Notes: generated by a model not told the origin, from the letters alone. A stretch of 47,470 nucleotides of DNA from an uncultured Bacilli bacterium (GCA_934098445.1 CAKOOW010000002.1:1-47470), one strand, 5' to 3'. Positions 8,196-18,695 are shown, counted from the stretch's first letter. Numbers and translations are program-made.

Positions 8196-10499
8196 ATGGG
8201 AACAGGTATTTATTTACCATTAAGTGCGTTATTATTTAGTGTCTTAATAATGTTGATGTTTTTTGTTAAGGGACATATTAATACTTTTGAAACTAAATTA
8301 TATGGGGTTTTAATAATAACGAATTTTATTGGCCTTATTTTAGAATTATTATGTACAGTTGGGGCATTAATATATGATAGTAATAGAATTTTAGCAGACT
8401 TCTTGTTAAAATCATATTTATTGTATTTAGTGGCATGGGCACTTCTATTTACCGTGTATGTGTTTTACATTTCACATGATAAAAATACCAATTTAAAGAT
8501 AAAGGATAAAGCCTTAAAATTAGTAGCAATATTTTATTTTATATGCGTGTTTTTTATTTATGCTTTACCAATAAATTTAATTGTAGAAAATGACTTTTCG
8601 GTTAGATATACAACTGGCGCTAGCGTTAATTTTACATATGTTGTTTCTTTGATTTTAGTAGGTATTATGTTATATTGTTTACTTAGAAATATTAAAAAAT
8701 TAGCCACCAAAAAATATATTCCTTTGCTAGCCTTTTTAACTTTAGGCAGTGGTTCGATGATTTTTCAGATGTTTAATCCTAATATTCTTTTAGTAACATA
8801 TATGGAAACCTTTATAACCGTATTAATGTATCATACCATTGAAAATCCTGATTTAAAAATGGTTAATCAGTTAGAACTTGCTAAAAATGAAGCCGAAAAA
8901 GCCAACCGAGCTAAGTCAGATTTCTTATCTAGTATGTCTCATGAGATTAGAACACCTTTAAATGCTATTGTTGGGTTATCTAATGATATTAAAGAAAGAG
9001 GTAATTGTCCCAAAGATATGCAAGAAGATCTTAATGATATAGTTAATGCTTCGAATACTTTACTTGAAATAGTTGGTAATATCATGGATATTAATAAGAT
9101 AGAATCTGATAAGATGGAAATTATTGAAGTTCCTTATAATTTTAAAGAAGAGATAGAGACTTTAGCAAGAATAGATTCGGTAAGAATTGGGGAAAAACCA
9201 ATCGAATTAACGGTTGATATAGCTAGTGATATGCCTTATGAATTAATTGGTGATAAAGGACATATTAAAGAGATAGTTAATAATTTGTTATCCAATGCCA
9301 TTAAATATACTGATAAAGGTAAGATTGAATTAAATGCTAAATGCATAAATAAAGATGGTATTTGTAATTTATATATTACTTGTAAAGATACCGGAAAAGG
9401 TATAAAAGCCGAGAATATTAGTCGATTATTTAATAAGTTTGATAGATTAGATGCCGAAAGAAATACCACCGTTGAAGGAACGGGACTTGGCCTTGCTATC
9501 ACGAAAAAGTTAGTTGAATTAATGGGTGGTAAAATTAATGTAGAATCAACTTTTGGTAAGGGTTCAATCTTTATGGTAAATGTTCCTCAAAGAATAGGCA
9601 TGATGAGTAAACCTTTAACTAAGGAAGAATTAAATAATACAGCTGAGTTAATATTAGATTTAAGTAAGAATAATATCGATTATAGTAAAAAGAAAATCCT
9701 AGTAGTTGATGATAACAAATTAAATATTAAAGTAGCTAGAAGAGCCTTAGAGCCTTTACATTTTAAAGAAATTGATGAGGCTGAAAACGGGTTAGTATGT
9801 GTTAATAAAATTAAAGATGGTAATACTTATGATATTATTTTAATGGATATAATGATGCCAGTGATGAGTGGAGAGACTGCTCTTAGAAATTTAAAAGAAA
9901 TAGAAGGTTTTAATACACCAGTTATAGCCTTAACAGCTGATGCCATTGCCGGAGCTGAAGAAAAATATAAAGAAGAAGGGTTTACTAGTTATATATCTAA
10001 ACCATTTAGTAAAGATCAAATAAAACTTAAATTAGATAAAGTATTTGAAGAATTAGAAAATAATCAGAAAGATAATGCCAAAAAAGATAATTCTAAAGAT
10101 AAAAAATTAGATAAAAATACGAAGAAAAACAATGATAATAAAACCTATGATGAAAAGTATTTGTTAGATAATGGGATTGACTATAAGAAGGGTGTAGAGT
10201 TATTTGGAGATATTACTACTTATAAAGAAATGTTAAGAGACTGGTATAAAGATTCTTTAAGTAAATTTAAGAAAATAAAAGAATTATTAGATAAGAAAGA
10301 TATGCCTAATTATAGTGTAGAAGTGCATTCTTTAAAGAGTGATGCCAAGTATTTTGGAATGGATAAGTTAGCTAGTATTTCTTTAGAACATGAGTTAAAG
10401 AGTAAAGATGGCAATTATGAGTATGTTTCTAAGAATTTTAAGACTTTAGAAAAAGAAGTTAAAAGAATAATTCAAGTAGTAAGTAAGTACTTAGATTAG
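8196..10499 (+). CDS. hybrid sensor histidine kinase (polytopic N-terminal sensor, HisKA, HATPase, REC, HPt)
   Basis: About 6 TM helices, then H-box SHEIRTPLN, G2 box GTGLGLAITKKLVELMGG, REC (ILVVDDNKLN, DIILMDIMMP, KPF) and C-terminal HPt (HSLKSDAKYFG). The AGGTGA RBS favours ATG 8196. Confidence 0.85.
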   Translation: MGTGIYLPLSALLFSVLIMLMFFVKGHINTFETKLYGVLIITNFIGLILELLCTVGALIYDSNRILADFLLKSYLLYLVAWALLFTVYVFYISHDKNTNLKIKDKALKLVAIFYFICVFFIYALPINLIVENDFSVRYTTGASVNFTYVVSLILVGIMLYCLLRNIKKLATKKYIPLLAFLTLGSGSMIFQMFNPNILLVTYMETFITVLMYHTIENPDLKMVNQLELAKNEAEKANRAKSDFLSSMSHEIRTPLNAIVGLSNDIKERGNCPKDMQEDLNDIVNASNTLLEIVGNIMDINKIESDKMEIIEVPYNFKEEIETLARIDSVRIGEKPIELTVDIASDMPYELIGDKGHIKEIVNNLLSNAIKYTDKGKIELNAKCINKDGICNLYITCKDTGKGIKAENISRLFNKFDRLDAERNTTVEGTGLGLAITKKLVELMGGKINVESTFGKGSIFMVNVPQRIGMMSKPLTKEELNNTAELILDLSKNNIDYSKKKILVVDDNKLNIKVARRALEPLHFKEIDEAENGLVCVNKIKDGNTYDIILMDIMMPVMSGETALRNLKEIEGFNTPVIALTADAIAGAEEKYKEEGFTSYISKPFSKDQIKLKLDKVFEELENNQKDNAKKDNSKDKKLDKNTKKNNDNKTYDEKYLLDNGIDYKKGVELFGDITTYKEMLRDWYKDSLSKFKKIKELLDKKDMPNYSVEVHSLKSDAKYFGMDKLASISLEHELKSKDGNYEYVSKNFKTLEKEVKRIIQVVSKYLD

Positions 10500-10553
10500 T
10501 ATTTACTTTTTTCTTTTGTTTTTTTATAATCGAAAGAGAAGTGAGAGGTAAGT

Positions 10554-10991
10554 ATGATAAATACAAAATTAACAAGATTAGCCAGTAAAATAGCGTATGA
10601 AGCTCATAAAAATCAATTTGATAAAGCCGGAGTTCCCTATATATTTCATCCTATTCATATAGCAGAGGGTATGACTACGGAAATAACTTGTATAGTGGCA
10701 CTTTTACATGATGTTGTTGAGGATAGTAATATTACTTTAGATGATTTAAGTAAGTATTTTGATAGTACGGTAATTGAAGCTTTAAGAGTATTAACTAAGA
10801 AGAATGATGATAATTATGAAGAATATATTAAAAGGGTAAAGACTAATGAGATAGCTACGATAGTTAAGTTAAAAGATTTAGAACATAATATGGATTTAAC
10901 AAGATTAGATGAAGTTACTGAAGATGATATTAGAAGAAAAGAAAAGTATGAAGATGCTATTTCTTATCTAGAAATGGTTGAACTTATCTAA
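10554..10991 (+). CDS. small HD-domain protein of the RelA/SpoT hydrolase type (small alarmone hydrolase-like)
   Basis: AHKNQFDKAGVPYIFHPIHIA followed by LLHDVVEDS, the signature of the (p)ppGpp hydrolase HD domain. At 145 aa there is no synthetase domain. Confidence 0.7.
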   Translation: MINTKLTRLASKIAYEAHKNQFDKAGVPYIFHPIHIAEGMTTEITCIVALLHDVVEDSNITLDDLSKYFDSTVIEALRVLTKKNDDNYEEYIKRVKTNEIATIVKLKDLEHNMDLTRLDEVTEDDIRRKEKYEDAISYLEMVELI

Positions 10992-11134
10992 AAAATCTCG
11001 ATTTGGTGTATATTATGCATTTTGAAATCTTTGATTTGGTGCATTTTAAGGTTTAAGTTAATAAATATATCGAATTTTAGTTGCAATTTGTAAACAAGTG
11101 TGCTAGTATAAACAGCAGCCAGGGGGAATGGTTG

Positions 11135-11617
11135 ATGAAAAAGAATAAAAAGAAGCTAGTGATACTAGGAATTATTGGTATTTTAATAGGGCTTACTAGT
11201 ATGATAATTGGTCTATATATAGGGTGTATGCATACGGATCATACAAAAGAGATATGTCCAATTACTAGATTATTGAGTGCTATATACTATGTATATCCGG
11301 AGGCTAAAGGACTGGGGTCACATCAGGTTAAAAGTATGATAATTGCTTATGATAGGGCTTCTAAAGAGGTTGATAGTGTTTCTTATGGAGAGATTATTGA
11401 ACCTGTTTATAAAGTAAAAACAGTTGAGGCAATAGTTAATTGTGATGCGACTGGTCAAATTTATTACGAAGCTCCAGAGGGGTATATTTTACGTAATGAT
11501 GGTATTGCTGAAAAGAAGATAAAAATTGGAGAACAATTTAGAGGCTTATATGGGGTTACAACTTATTTTAAAGATGGTACGACAAAAGAGTTAGTTATTA
11601 TGGATTATTCTAAATAA
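11135..11617 (+). CDS. membrane-anchored or lipoprotein-like protein, Cys-motif paralogue 1
   Basis: N-terminal TM helix followed by C-x2-T-x-H-x2-E-x-C (GCMHTDHTKEICPITR). C-terminal GLYGVTTYFKDGTTKELVI is shared with 11676..12113. RBS aggggga lies before ATG 11135. Confidence 0.6.
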   Translation: MKKNKKKLVILGIIGILIGLTSMIIGLYIGCMHTDHTKEICPITRLLSAIYYVYPEAKGLGSHQVKSMIIAYDRASKEVDSVSYGEIIEPVYKVKTVEAIVNCDATGQIYYEAPEGYILRNDGIAEKKIKIGEQFRGLYGVTTYFKDGTTKELVIMDYSK

Positions 11618-11675
11618 TTTCTAGTTGCTTTTAGAAAGAATAAGTGTATAATAACAATTACCTAAGGGGGATATT

Positions 11676-12113
11676 ATGAAGATAGATAAAGAAAATTTAA
11701 AGAGATATGTGGCTTGTGGAGCATTGCTTTCAGTGCTTTCAGGAACTTCAGTGGGATTAGCGGTTAACTGCAAGAAGACTAATCATACAGAAGAGAAGTG
11801 TGCAATAGCTAAAATTATGGATATATTACCACCAAAGACTTATGAGAATGGGGATTTTATTATTCCTAATAGTTCTAAGCATATGGCTAATGAAATGTAT
11901 CGTGAATATGTTAATACTTCTAAAGATATTGTTTATATTGAAAGTGGTCGTATTACTTATCCGGTATATTTTGAAAAAATTACACCTGAATATACAACTG
12001 GTTATAAATTTGATGATATGTTTGATGGTGAGTATGGTTTAACAGCTCATTTTGCAGATGGAAGTAGTAAATCTTTAGTTTTAGTTAAAGATAAGGAACA
12101 TAATAATAAATAA
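11676..12113 (+). CDS. membrane-anchored or lipoprotein-like protein, Cys-motif paralogue 2
   Basis: NCKKTNHTEEKCAIAK motif after the hydrophobic segment. C-terminal GEYGLTAHFADGSSKSLVL. RBS aaggggga lies upstream. Confidence 0.6.
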   Translation: MKIDKENLKRYVACGALLSVLSGTSVGLAVNCKKTNHTEEKCAIAKIMDILPPKTYENGDFIIPNSSKHMANEMYREYVNTSKDIVYIESGRITYPVYFEKITPEYTTGYKFDDMFDGEYGLTAHFADGSSKSLVLVKDKEHNNK

Positions 12114-12193
12114 GAACCTACTTGTAAACTGGTTATTCCATTGTTTTTTGGGGTACTAGTTTATGAGTTTTTTATTGCTTTTTAGATTGGAAG

Positions 12194-13156
12194 ATGATAA
12201 AATATCTTGGCGAATGGATGGCTATTATGAATATTAAAATTAATAAAGATAAAATAAAAATGTTTGGAACTTTTACTTTAGTTAGTGCTTATATGTTAGG
12301 ACAGTTAAAATTAGAAGTATCTTGTAGAGAGACTAAACATAGAGAAGAATTATGTCCGGTTACAAGATTAGAAATCCTTTTAGGATTAGATACGACTGCT
12401 ATGGATCATCAAGAAAATAATATTTGGAAAGAGTTGAATACTGGGGAGGGTGTTTTTCCTAAATTTGGTATTTTAGAACATAAGTATATTAGTTATGGTA
12501 GAATATTAAATCCAGATGGTGAGGTACCTAAATATTCTTGTTTAAATGTTTTAGATGATGGAAATATGTTTGAAATTATAAAGGATGAACGTTGTGAAAG
12601 AGTTGGAACTGGTTACTTAACTGGGGATGATTATGTAGAACTAAGAAGTACTAGAGATACTGATACTTTAGTGACTGGAGAATATAGCAATGCTTTTGCT
12701 GGGGTATCATCAGATATTTTTAAAATTCTTAATTCAATAAATTATATTGGACCTGTAGGTAAGGGTTATCCTGATGCGGTAGTATTAGAAGATCGTGATG
12801 GTAATAAAAAAGAAGTTGTTTCTTTAAATAATGCTTTAACGGAAGAACAAGTAGCTAAATTATTTAAGACTTATTATTTTGATGAAAATGATGGTTTCTA
12901 TAAAATTGATGAAGATTTATTCACTGAGTTTATGAGAACAGCATTTGCTACAAGGGAATATGCCAATAAGATTGTTACTGTTGATGTAGTTAATGGTCAT
13001 AAAAATATAACAGTAACTTGTCCAGCTGGATATGTTCTTAATGATAAAGGATTATGTTATCGTGATATTAATCCTTATGAAGATTTCTCTTTCTATTCAT
13101 TTAGAATGGCTGATCATCTTAATAAAGAAACTTATGTTAGAAAATTAGTAAAATAA
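12194..13156 (+). CDS. membrane-anchored protein, Cys-motif paralogue 3 (longer ectodomain)
   Basis: SCRETKHREELCPVTR motif after the hydrophobic segment. The start is uncertain (ATGs at 12194, 12218, 12227). Confidence 0.55.
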   Translation: MIKYLGEWMAIMNIKINKDKIKMFGTFTLVSAYMLGQLKLEVSCRETKHREELCPVTRLEILLGLDTTAMDHQENNIWKELNTGEGVFPKFGILEHKYISYGRILNPDGEVPKYSCLNVLDDGNMFEIIKDERCERVGTGYLTGDDYVELRSTRDTDTLVTGEYSNAFAGVSSDIFKILNSINYIGPVGKGYPDAVVLEDRDGNKKEVVSLNNALTEEQVAKLFKTYYFDENDGFYKIDEDLFTEFMRTAFATREYANKIVTVDVVNGHKNITVTCPAGYVLNDKGLCYRDINPYEDFSFYSFRMADHLNKETYVRKLVK

Positions 13157-13294
13157 ATTATGGAAAATTGGTACTTATTATGGTACTGATTTTTTATTTT
13201 GGAGAAAAATTTGTCAAAAGGTTAAATGTTGCTTTTAAAGCGACCACTTTTAAAACTTAATATGATATACTTAAGTGGTCTTGTGAGGAAGTTT

Positions 13295-15100
13295 ATGATT
13301 AATAAAATAAAAAATATGTTAGTTTATAATATTCGAGAATTAATTATATTTCAAGGAACTTTTAAAATTACGAGTTTCTTAATTTTTACACCGTTATTTT
13401 TAAATCTTTTTAATGTAATTATGCGAATTACGGGGTATGATTATTTGACTTTAGAAAATATTTCTGGGTTTCTTTTTAATCCTTTAGTACTTATTATGCT
13501 TATATTATTAATACTCTTCATGATGGTTTATACTTTCTTTGATTTAAGTACGATAATAATTATTTTAGATGCTTCATATCAGGAGAAAAGGGTTGAACTT
13601 AGAGAAGTTTTAGGCCTTTCTTTAAGAAAATCAATAGAAGTTTTTAAGGTAAAGAATATTCCTTTAGCGTTTATGATTCTATTTTTGATACCTTTCTTAA
13701 ATATTGGGGTAGTATCAGGATTTATATCTTCTATTAAGATACCAGAGTTTATTATGGATTATATTAATGGAAATACCTTATTTATGAGTATTTTCTGGGT
13801 AGTATTTATATTTCTAGGTCTTCTTCTTCTTAGATGGCTGTATGCTATTCATTATTATGTTTTGGAGAATTGTGATTTTAAAGAAGCAAGATTAAGAAGT
13901 ATTAATCTAGGGAAGAAGAGATATTTTTTAGATTTAGGAAAATTGATTTTATTTCAAGGAATAGGTTATCTTATATATATAGTATTTGTTTTAATAGGAA
14001 TGGCACTCATCTATCTAATCTATAAGTTACTAAGTAAAATCTTAATAATTAGTAGTGTTTTTATTACTATTATTGCCTTATTTTTAGCACTTTCTTTGAT
14101 TTTGTTTGCTTCTTTATCTATGCCTCTTTGTTATGCAGTTTTAAGTATAATGTATTATCAAAAGAAAGATAAAAAAGGAGAAATGATTAGACATGTTAAG
14201 TTTAATAAGCAAAAAAGAATAGTTATTCCTACAAAGAGATGGCAACATTTTAAAGTGTCTTTAGGACTCATAGTAATTATTACAGGAAGTGTTTTTACCT
14301 ATGGAATAGTTACTAATAAGTATAATTTTAATATTGAGTATATTAAGAATACGGAGATAACAGCACATCGAGGTGATACTTCTTTATATCCAGAGAATAC
14401 TATTGAGGCTTTTAAGATGGCAGTAGAAAAACAAACTGACTGGATTGAATTAGATGTTCAAGAGACTAAAGATAAGAAGGTTGTTGTAAGTCATGATGCT
14501 AATCTAAAGAGAGTAGCAGGTATTGATAGAAATATTTATGATATGAATTATGATGAAGTAAAGAAAGTTATACTTAAAGAGATAGGTAAGGTTAAAATTT
14601 CTACTTTAGAAGAGGTTTTAAAATGGATGATTTTAACTAATGTGAAATTAAATATTGAATTAAAACCTTATAGTGATGATGATTCGTTAGTAAAGAATAC
14701 TGTAGATTTGATTGAGAAATATCATCTTGAAGATCGAGTTGTACTTTCTTCTAGTAAGTATAGTATTTTAGAAAATATAAAAAATATTAATAACAAAATA
14801 CAAACAGCATATATAATGAGTATTGCTTATGGAGATTTATTGAAGTTAGATAAAGCCGATAATTTTAGTATTGAGTCATCTATGATTAACTCTTCTTTGG
14901 TAAAGAAAATTCACAACGATGGGAAAGAAATATATGCTTGGACAGTTGATAGTAAAGATAATATTAATAAGCTGTTGGATTTAAATGTTGATAATATTAT
15001 TACAGATGATGTAGAATTAACTTATAAGTTATTATTTGCTAGTAAGAGTAGTAATTTAGTAGCGGTTTATCTTAAATGGATAGAAAGAATATTTAGATAG
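13295..15100 (+). CDS. membrane-bound glycerophosphodiester phosphodiesterase (polytopic N-terminal domain plus GDPD domain)
   Basis: About 7 TM helices, then ITAHRGDTSLYPENTIEAF and IELDVQETKDKKVVVSHD (GDPD catalytic motifs). The GAGGAA RBS favours ATG 13295. Confidence 0.8.
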   Translation: MINKIKNMLVYNIRELIIFQGTFKITSFLIFTPLFLNLFNVIMRITGYDYLTLENISGFLFNPLVLIMLILLILFMMVYTFFDLSTIIIILDASYQEKRVELREVLGLSLRKSIEVFKVKNIPLAFMILFLIPFLNIGVVSGFISSIKIPEFIMDYINGNTLFMSIFWVVFIFLGLLLLRWLYAIHYYVLENCDFKEARLRSINLGKKRYFLDLGKLILFQGIGYLIYIVFVLIGMALIYLIYKLLSKILIISSVFITIIALFLALSLILFASLSMPLCYAVLSIMYYQKKDKKGEMIRHVKFNKQKRIVIPTKRWQHFKVSLGLIVIITGSVFTYGIVTNKYNFNIEYIKNTEITAHRGDTSLYPENTIEAFKMAVEKQTDWIELDVQETKDKKVVVSHDANLKRVAGIDRNIYDMNYDEVKKVILKEIGKVKISTLEEVLKWMILTNVKLNIELKPYSDDDSLVKNTVDLIEKYHLEDRVVLSSSKYSILENIKNINNKIQTAYIMSIAYGDLLKLDKADNFSIESSMINSSLVKKIHNDGKEIYAWTVDSKDNINKLLDLNVDNIITDDVELTYKLLFASKSSNLVAVYLKWIERIFR

Positions 15101-15101
15101 T

Positions 15102-16718
15102 ATGAAAAAATTAAATAATAAATGGAAATATGGTATATTGGTGGTTTTTTTCTTAGTTTTAGCTAATTTAGAATTTTTAGTTCGAAAAGATTTAATCTAT
15201 GGTCATGATATATATTTTCATTTGGCAAGAATAAAGGGGATTAGTGATAGTATTCAAGCAGGGACTATTCCGGCTTTGATATATCCTGGTTATTTAAGTG
15301 GGTACGGATATCCCAATGGGGTCTTTTATGCGGATATATTTCTTTATTTGCCGGCTTTATTAGTTTATTTGGGTTTAAATATTAATATTGCTTATAAGAT
15401 AATGATGATTTTGATAAATATAGGTATTTTTGGCAGTATATATTATGCTATGAAAAAGATTGCTAAAAATAAATATACCGCTTTAATAGTCGGTTTAATG
15501 TATTTGATGAGTTCATATAAATATTGTGATATGTTTTTAAGAGCTGCTTTAGGTGAGACTTTAGCGTTTGTGTTCTTTCCTTTATTTATCTTGGGACTTT
15601 ATAGTATTTTTTATGGTGATAAGAAGAATTGGTACTACTTTACTATTGGATTAATTGGGATTTGCTTTTCGCATAATTTAAGTTTACTTATGTGCTTAAT
15701 GGTCACGATATTGGTATTTTTTCTAAATATTAAAGACATTTTTAAAGATAAAGAACGTTTTAGAAAATTAATGACTGGAGGAATCTTAGCAATCTTAATA
15801 TGTTTATCTTTTATTGGTCCAATGGTGGAGATGATGGTTTCTGATAAGTTTAGCTATAGCACTTTACTTGGAAGTGATATGGTGGTAAAAAGGGCCGCTA
15901 ATCCTTTATATGCGATTATAGCGATTCCAAGTGGAGCTAGTCCATGGCAGCCAATGGGGATTGGACTTGTTTTTATCTTTTTATTAGTCTATTTAAGAAA
16001 AGTAATGATTAAAGATAAGAAAGATAATAAATTTAGTAGAGATATGTTACTCTTAGGACTAGTATTTTTAATTTTAAGTACCTCTATATTTCCTTGGAAT
16101 TTAGTTAAGAATGTCTTAGGAATTATTCAGTTTCCATGGCGTTTTTATATGTTAGTAACTATTTTATTATTAGTAGGATTTGGTATAAAGATTAGTAATT
16201 ATAAGAATTTAAATAAAAGAGTATTCACATTAATAGTAAGTGCTTTTATGATAGTGACTTTCTTAATAGGAAGTGTATATCATTTACGTTTTAATGAATT
16301 AGATGATAGTAAAGAGTATTGGATTAGTCAAGGAGAGTATGTTCCAGATGATGTAGATTTGGAATATTTAAAGACTAGGGGAGATATTATAACTTCTAAT
16401 GAAGAGGTGAAGACAACCTTTGAAAGAAAAGGGATAAATCTAGAGATAAGTTATAGTGATAATAATAGTGATGATACTTATTTAGAGTTACCTTTAGTCT
16501 ATTATAAAGGGTATGTGGCTAAAGAAGATAATAATACTTTAGAAGTAATAAAAGGGGATAATGGTTTAGTTAGAGTTTATTTAACTAATGGAAATGGTAA
16601 TATTAAAGTTTATTATGGTTTTACTAAAGTAAGAATAGTGTGTTTAATTATATCTGTTATTGCTTTAGGAGGGTTTATTATTATAATAAAGAATCAAAAG
16701 AAAAATTATTTGATATAA
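15102..16718 (+). CDS. polytopic membrane protein, GT-C-fold / YfhO-like (putative envelope glycosyl- or polymer-transferase)
   Basis: More than 10 predicted TM helices with an early loop motif GHDIYFHLARIKG and a soluble domain near the C-terminus. It starts 2 nt after the GDPD stop codon. The family assignment is tentative. Confidence 0.4.
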   Translation: MKKLNNKWKYGILVVFFLVLANLEFLVRKDLIYGHDIYFHLARIKGISDSIQAGTIPALIYPGYLSGYGYPNGVFYADIFLYLPALLVYLGLNINIAYKIMMILINIGIFGSIYYAMKKIAKNKYTALIVGLMYLMSSYKYCDMFLRAALGETLAFVFFPLFILGLYSIFYGDKKNWYYFTIGLIGICFSHNLSLLMCLMVTILVFFLNIKDIFKDKERFRKLMTGGILAILICLSFIGPMVEMMVSDKFSYSTLLGSDMVVKRAANPLYAIIAIPSGASPWQPMGIGLVFIFLLVYLRKVMIKDKKDNKFSRDMLLLGLVFLILSTSIFPWNLVKNVLGIIQFPWRFYMLVTILLLVGFGIKISNYKNLNKRVFTLIVSAFMIVTFLIGSVYHLRFNELDDSKEYWISQGEYVPDDVDLEYLKTRGDIITSNEEVKTTFERKGINLEISYSDNNSDDTYLELPLVYYKGYVAKEDNNTLEVIKGDNGLVRVYLTNGNGNIKVYYGFTKVRIVCLIISVIALGGFIIIIKNQKKNYLI

Positions 16719-16745
16719 TCTTAAGTATTGACTGGATGTGGAAAG

Positions 16746-18653
16746 ATGAAATATGTTATAAAGAATGGGGCTGTTAGTATTAACGGAGAAACCATTTTAG
16801 AAAGTATTAACTTAGAGATAAATGAGAAAAGTCATATTGGCATTGTTGGTAAAAATGGGGCTGGAAAGACTACTTTACTTCAGTGTATTGTTAATAATAG
16901 TCTTTTAGAAGAAGGGACTGATGATACTTCTTTTCAAGTGATTAAACAGGGTAATCCTAGTATTGGGTATTTAAGACAGATTGAACTTAATGATAATAAT
17001 ACGATGTTAGAAGAAGTAAGAAAACCTTTTAGAAATATTATTAAGATAGAGGATAGACTAGAAGAGTTAGTTAGAGAAATGAATATTAAGGATGATATTA
17101 AACTTGTAGAAGAATATACATCTTTAGAAGAGAAATTTCAGAATATGGGGGGTTATACCTATAGAAAAGAGTATGAAATCTTAATTAAAAAGTTTGGGTT
17201 TAAAGATAGTGATAAGTTTAAGTATTTAAAAGAATTCTCGGGAGGAGAGAAGACCAAGATAGCTTTTATAAAGATGTTACTTAATAAACCGGATATATTA
17301 TTACTTGATGAACCTACTAATCACTTAGATATAGATACGGTAGAATGGTTAGAAGAGTATCTAAAGAGTTATAAAAAAGCAATAGTAGTAGTATCTCATG
17401 ATAGGATGTTTATTAATAATATAGTTGATACTATCTATGATATTAGTTATGGGGCTTTAACTAAGTATAGTGGTAATTATGATTATTATGAGAAACAGAA
17501 ACAATTAAATTATGAGAAAGCTTTAAAAGACTATGAGTTTCAAAGAAAAGAAATAGAAAGACTTACAAGAATATATGAACGTTTTAGAAGTAAACCTTCT
17601 AAAGCCAAGATGGCTATGTCAAGGTTACATCAATTAGAAAAGATGGATATATTAGAAAGACCTAATAAGATAGAAGCTATTACTTTTAAGACTAATATGG
17701 ATAATATAGTTATGCCTAGTCGAGATATTTTTATCTTAGATAATTTAGGTGTTGGGTATGATAGAGTTCTTTATAAGCTTAATTTATATATAAGACGAGG
17801 GGATAAATTAGGTGTAATTGGTCCTAATGGATTAGGAAAATCTACGATTTTAAAGACTTTAGTAGGACTAATTCCTAGTTTAGGAGGAAGTTTTACAGTT
17901 GGTCATAATGTTAGTATTGGTTATTTTGACCAGAATTTAGCTATGTTAGATGAAAAACATATGGTCTTAGAGGAGTTTATGGCAAAGTTTCCTAAAGTTT
18001 CAGAGTATGAAGCTAGGTGTAGTTTGGGTTCTTTCTTATTTAAGGGAGATGATGTCTTAAAGAAAATAGAGGTATTATCTGGTGGCGAAAGAGTTAGACT
18101 ACAGTTATGCAAGATTTTATATACGAAACCAAATGTCTTAATCTTAGATGAACCTACTAATCATTTAGATATTGTAGGAAGAGAATATTTAGAGAGTATT
18201 TTAAATGAATATCAAGGAACGGTTTTATTTGTATCGCATGATAGATATTTTATAAGTAAGGTTGCTACTTCGTTACTTGTTTTAGCTAAAGATAATTATC
18301 ATTTATTTAAGGGGAATTATAAAGAGTATTTGGAGAGTCTTAAAAGTCAAAATATAGATAATAATACTAGTAAGAATATAGATGATTATAGTAAAAATAA
18401 ATCCGATGTCTTGAATGAACCAAAGAAAAAGGTAAATACTTATAATCTTGGTAAAGAGATTAATAAGTTGGAAAGAGAGATAAAAAAATTGGAAGAGAGG
18501 ATTAAATCTTTAGAGGAATCTCTTTATTTAGAAGAAGTTTATAGTGATTATGATAAGCTAAATCAAGTTAATAATGAAATCAAAGAAGATAAAGAGAGAT
18601 TAGAAGAACTAAATACTAAGTGGTTAGAGCTTATGGAAGTAAGTGAGCAGTAG
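16746..18653 (+). CDS. ABC-F family ATPase with a C-terminal coiled-coil extension (Uup/YdiF-like)
   Basis: GKNGAGKTT, FSGGEKTKI, LLLDEPTNHLD; GPNGLGKST, LSGGERVRL, LILDEPTNHLD. The Lys/Glu-rich C-terminal tail is about 90 aa. Confidence 0.85.
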   Translation: MKYVIKNGAVSINGETILESINLEINEKSHIGIVGKNGAGKTTLLQCIVNNSLLEEGTDDTSFQVIKQGNPSIGYLRQIELNDNNTMLEEVRKPFRNIIKIEDRLEELVREMNIKDDIKLVEEYTSLEEKFQNMGGYTYRKEYEILIKKFGFKDSDKFKYLKEFSGGEKTKIAFIKMLLNKPDILLLDEPTNHLDIDTVEWLEEYLKSYKKAIVVVSHDRMFINNIVDTIYDISYGALTKYSGNYDYYEKQKQLNYEKALKDYEFQRKEIERLTRIYERFRSKPSKAKMAMSRLHQLEKMDILERPNKIEAITFKTNMDNIVMPSRDIFILDNLGVGYDRVLYKLNLYIRRGDKLGVIGPNGLGKSTILKTLVGLIPSLGGSFTVGHNVSIGYFDQNLAMLDEKHMVLEEFMAKFPKVSEYEARCSLGSFLFKGDDVLKKIEVLSGGERVRLQLCKILYTKPNVLILDEPTNHLDIVGREYLESILNEYQGTVLFVSHDRYFISKVATSLLVLAKDNYHLFKGNYKEYLESLKSQNIDNNTSKNIDDYSKNKSDVLNEPKKKVNTYNLGKEINKLEREIKKLEERIKSLEESLYLEEVYSDYDKLNQVNNEIKEDKERLEELNTKWLELMEVSEQ

Positions 18654-18695
18654 AAAAGAGTATTTTTGATGATACTCTTTTAAAGAATTTTTTTC
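18654..18695 (+). terminator. probable rho-independent terminator
   Basis: Stem aaaagagtat / atactctttt with an 8-nt loop directly after the stop codon. A T-run lies a few nt downstream. Confidence 0.5.
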
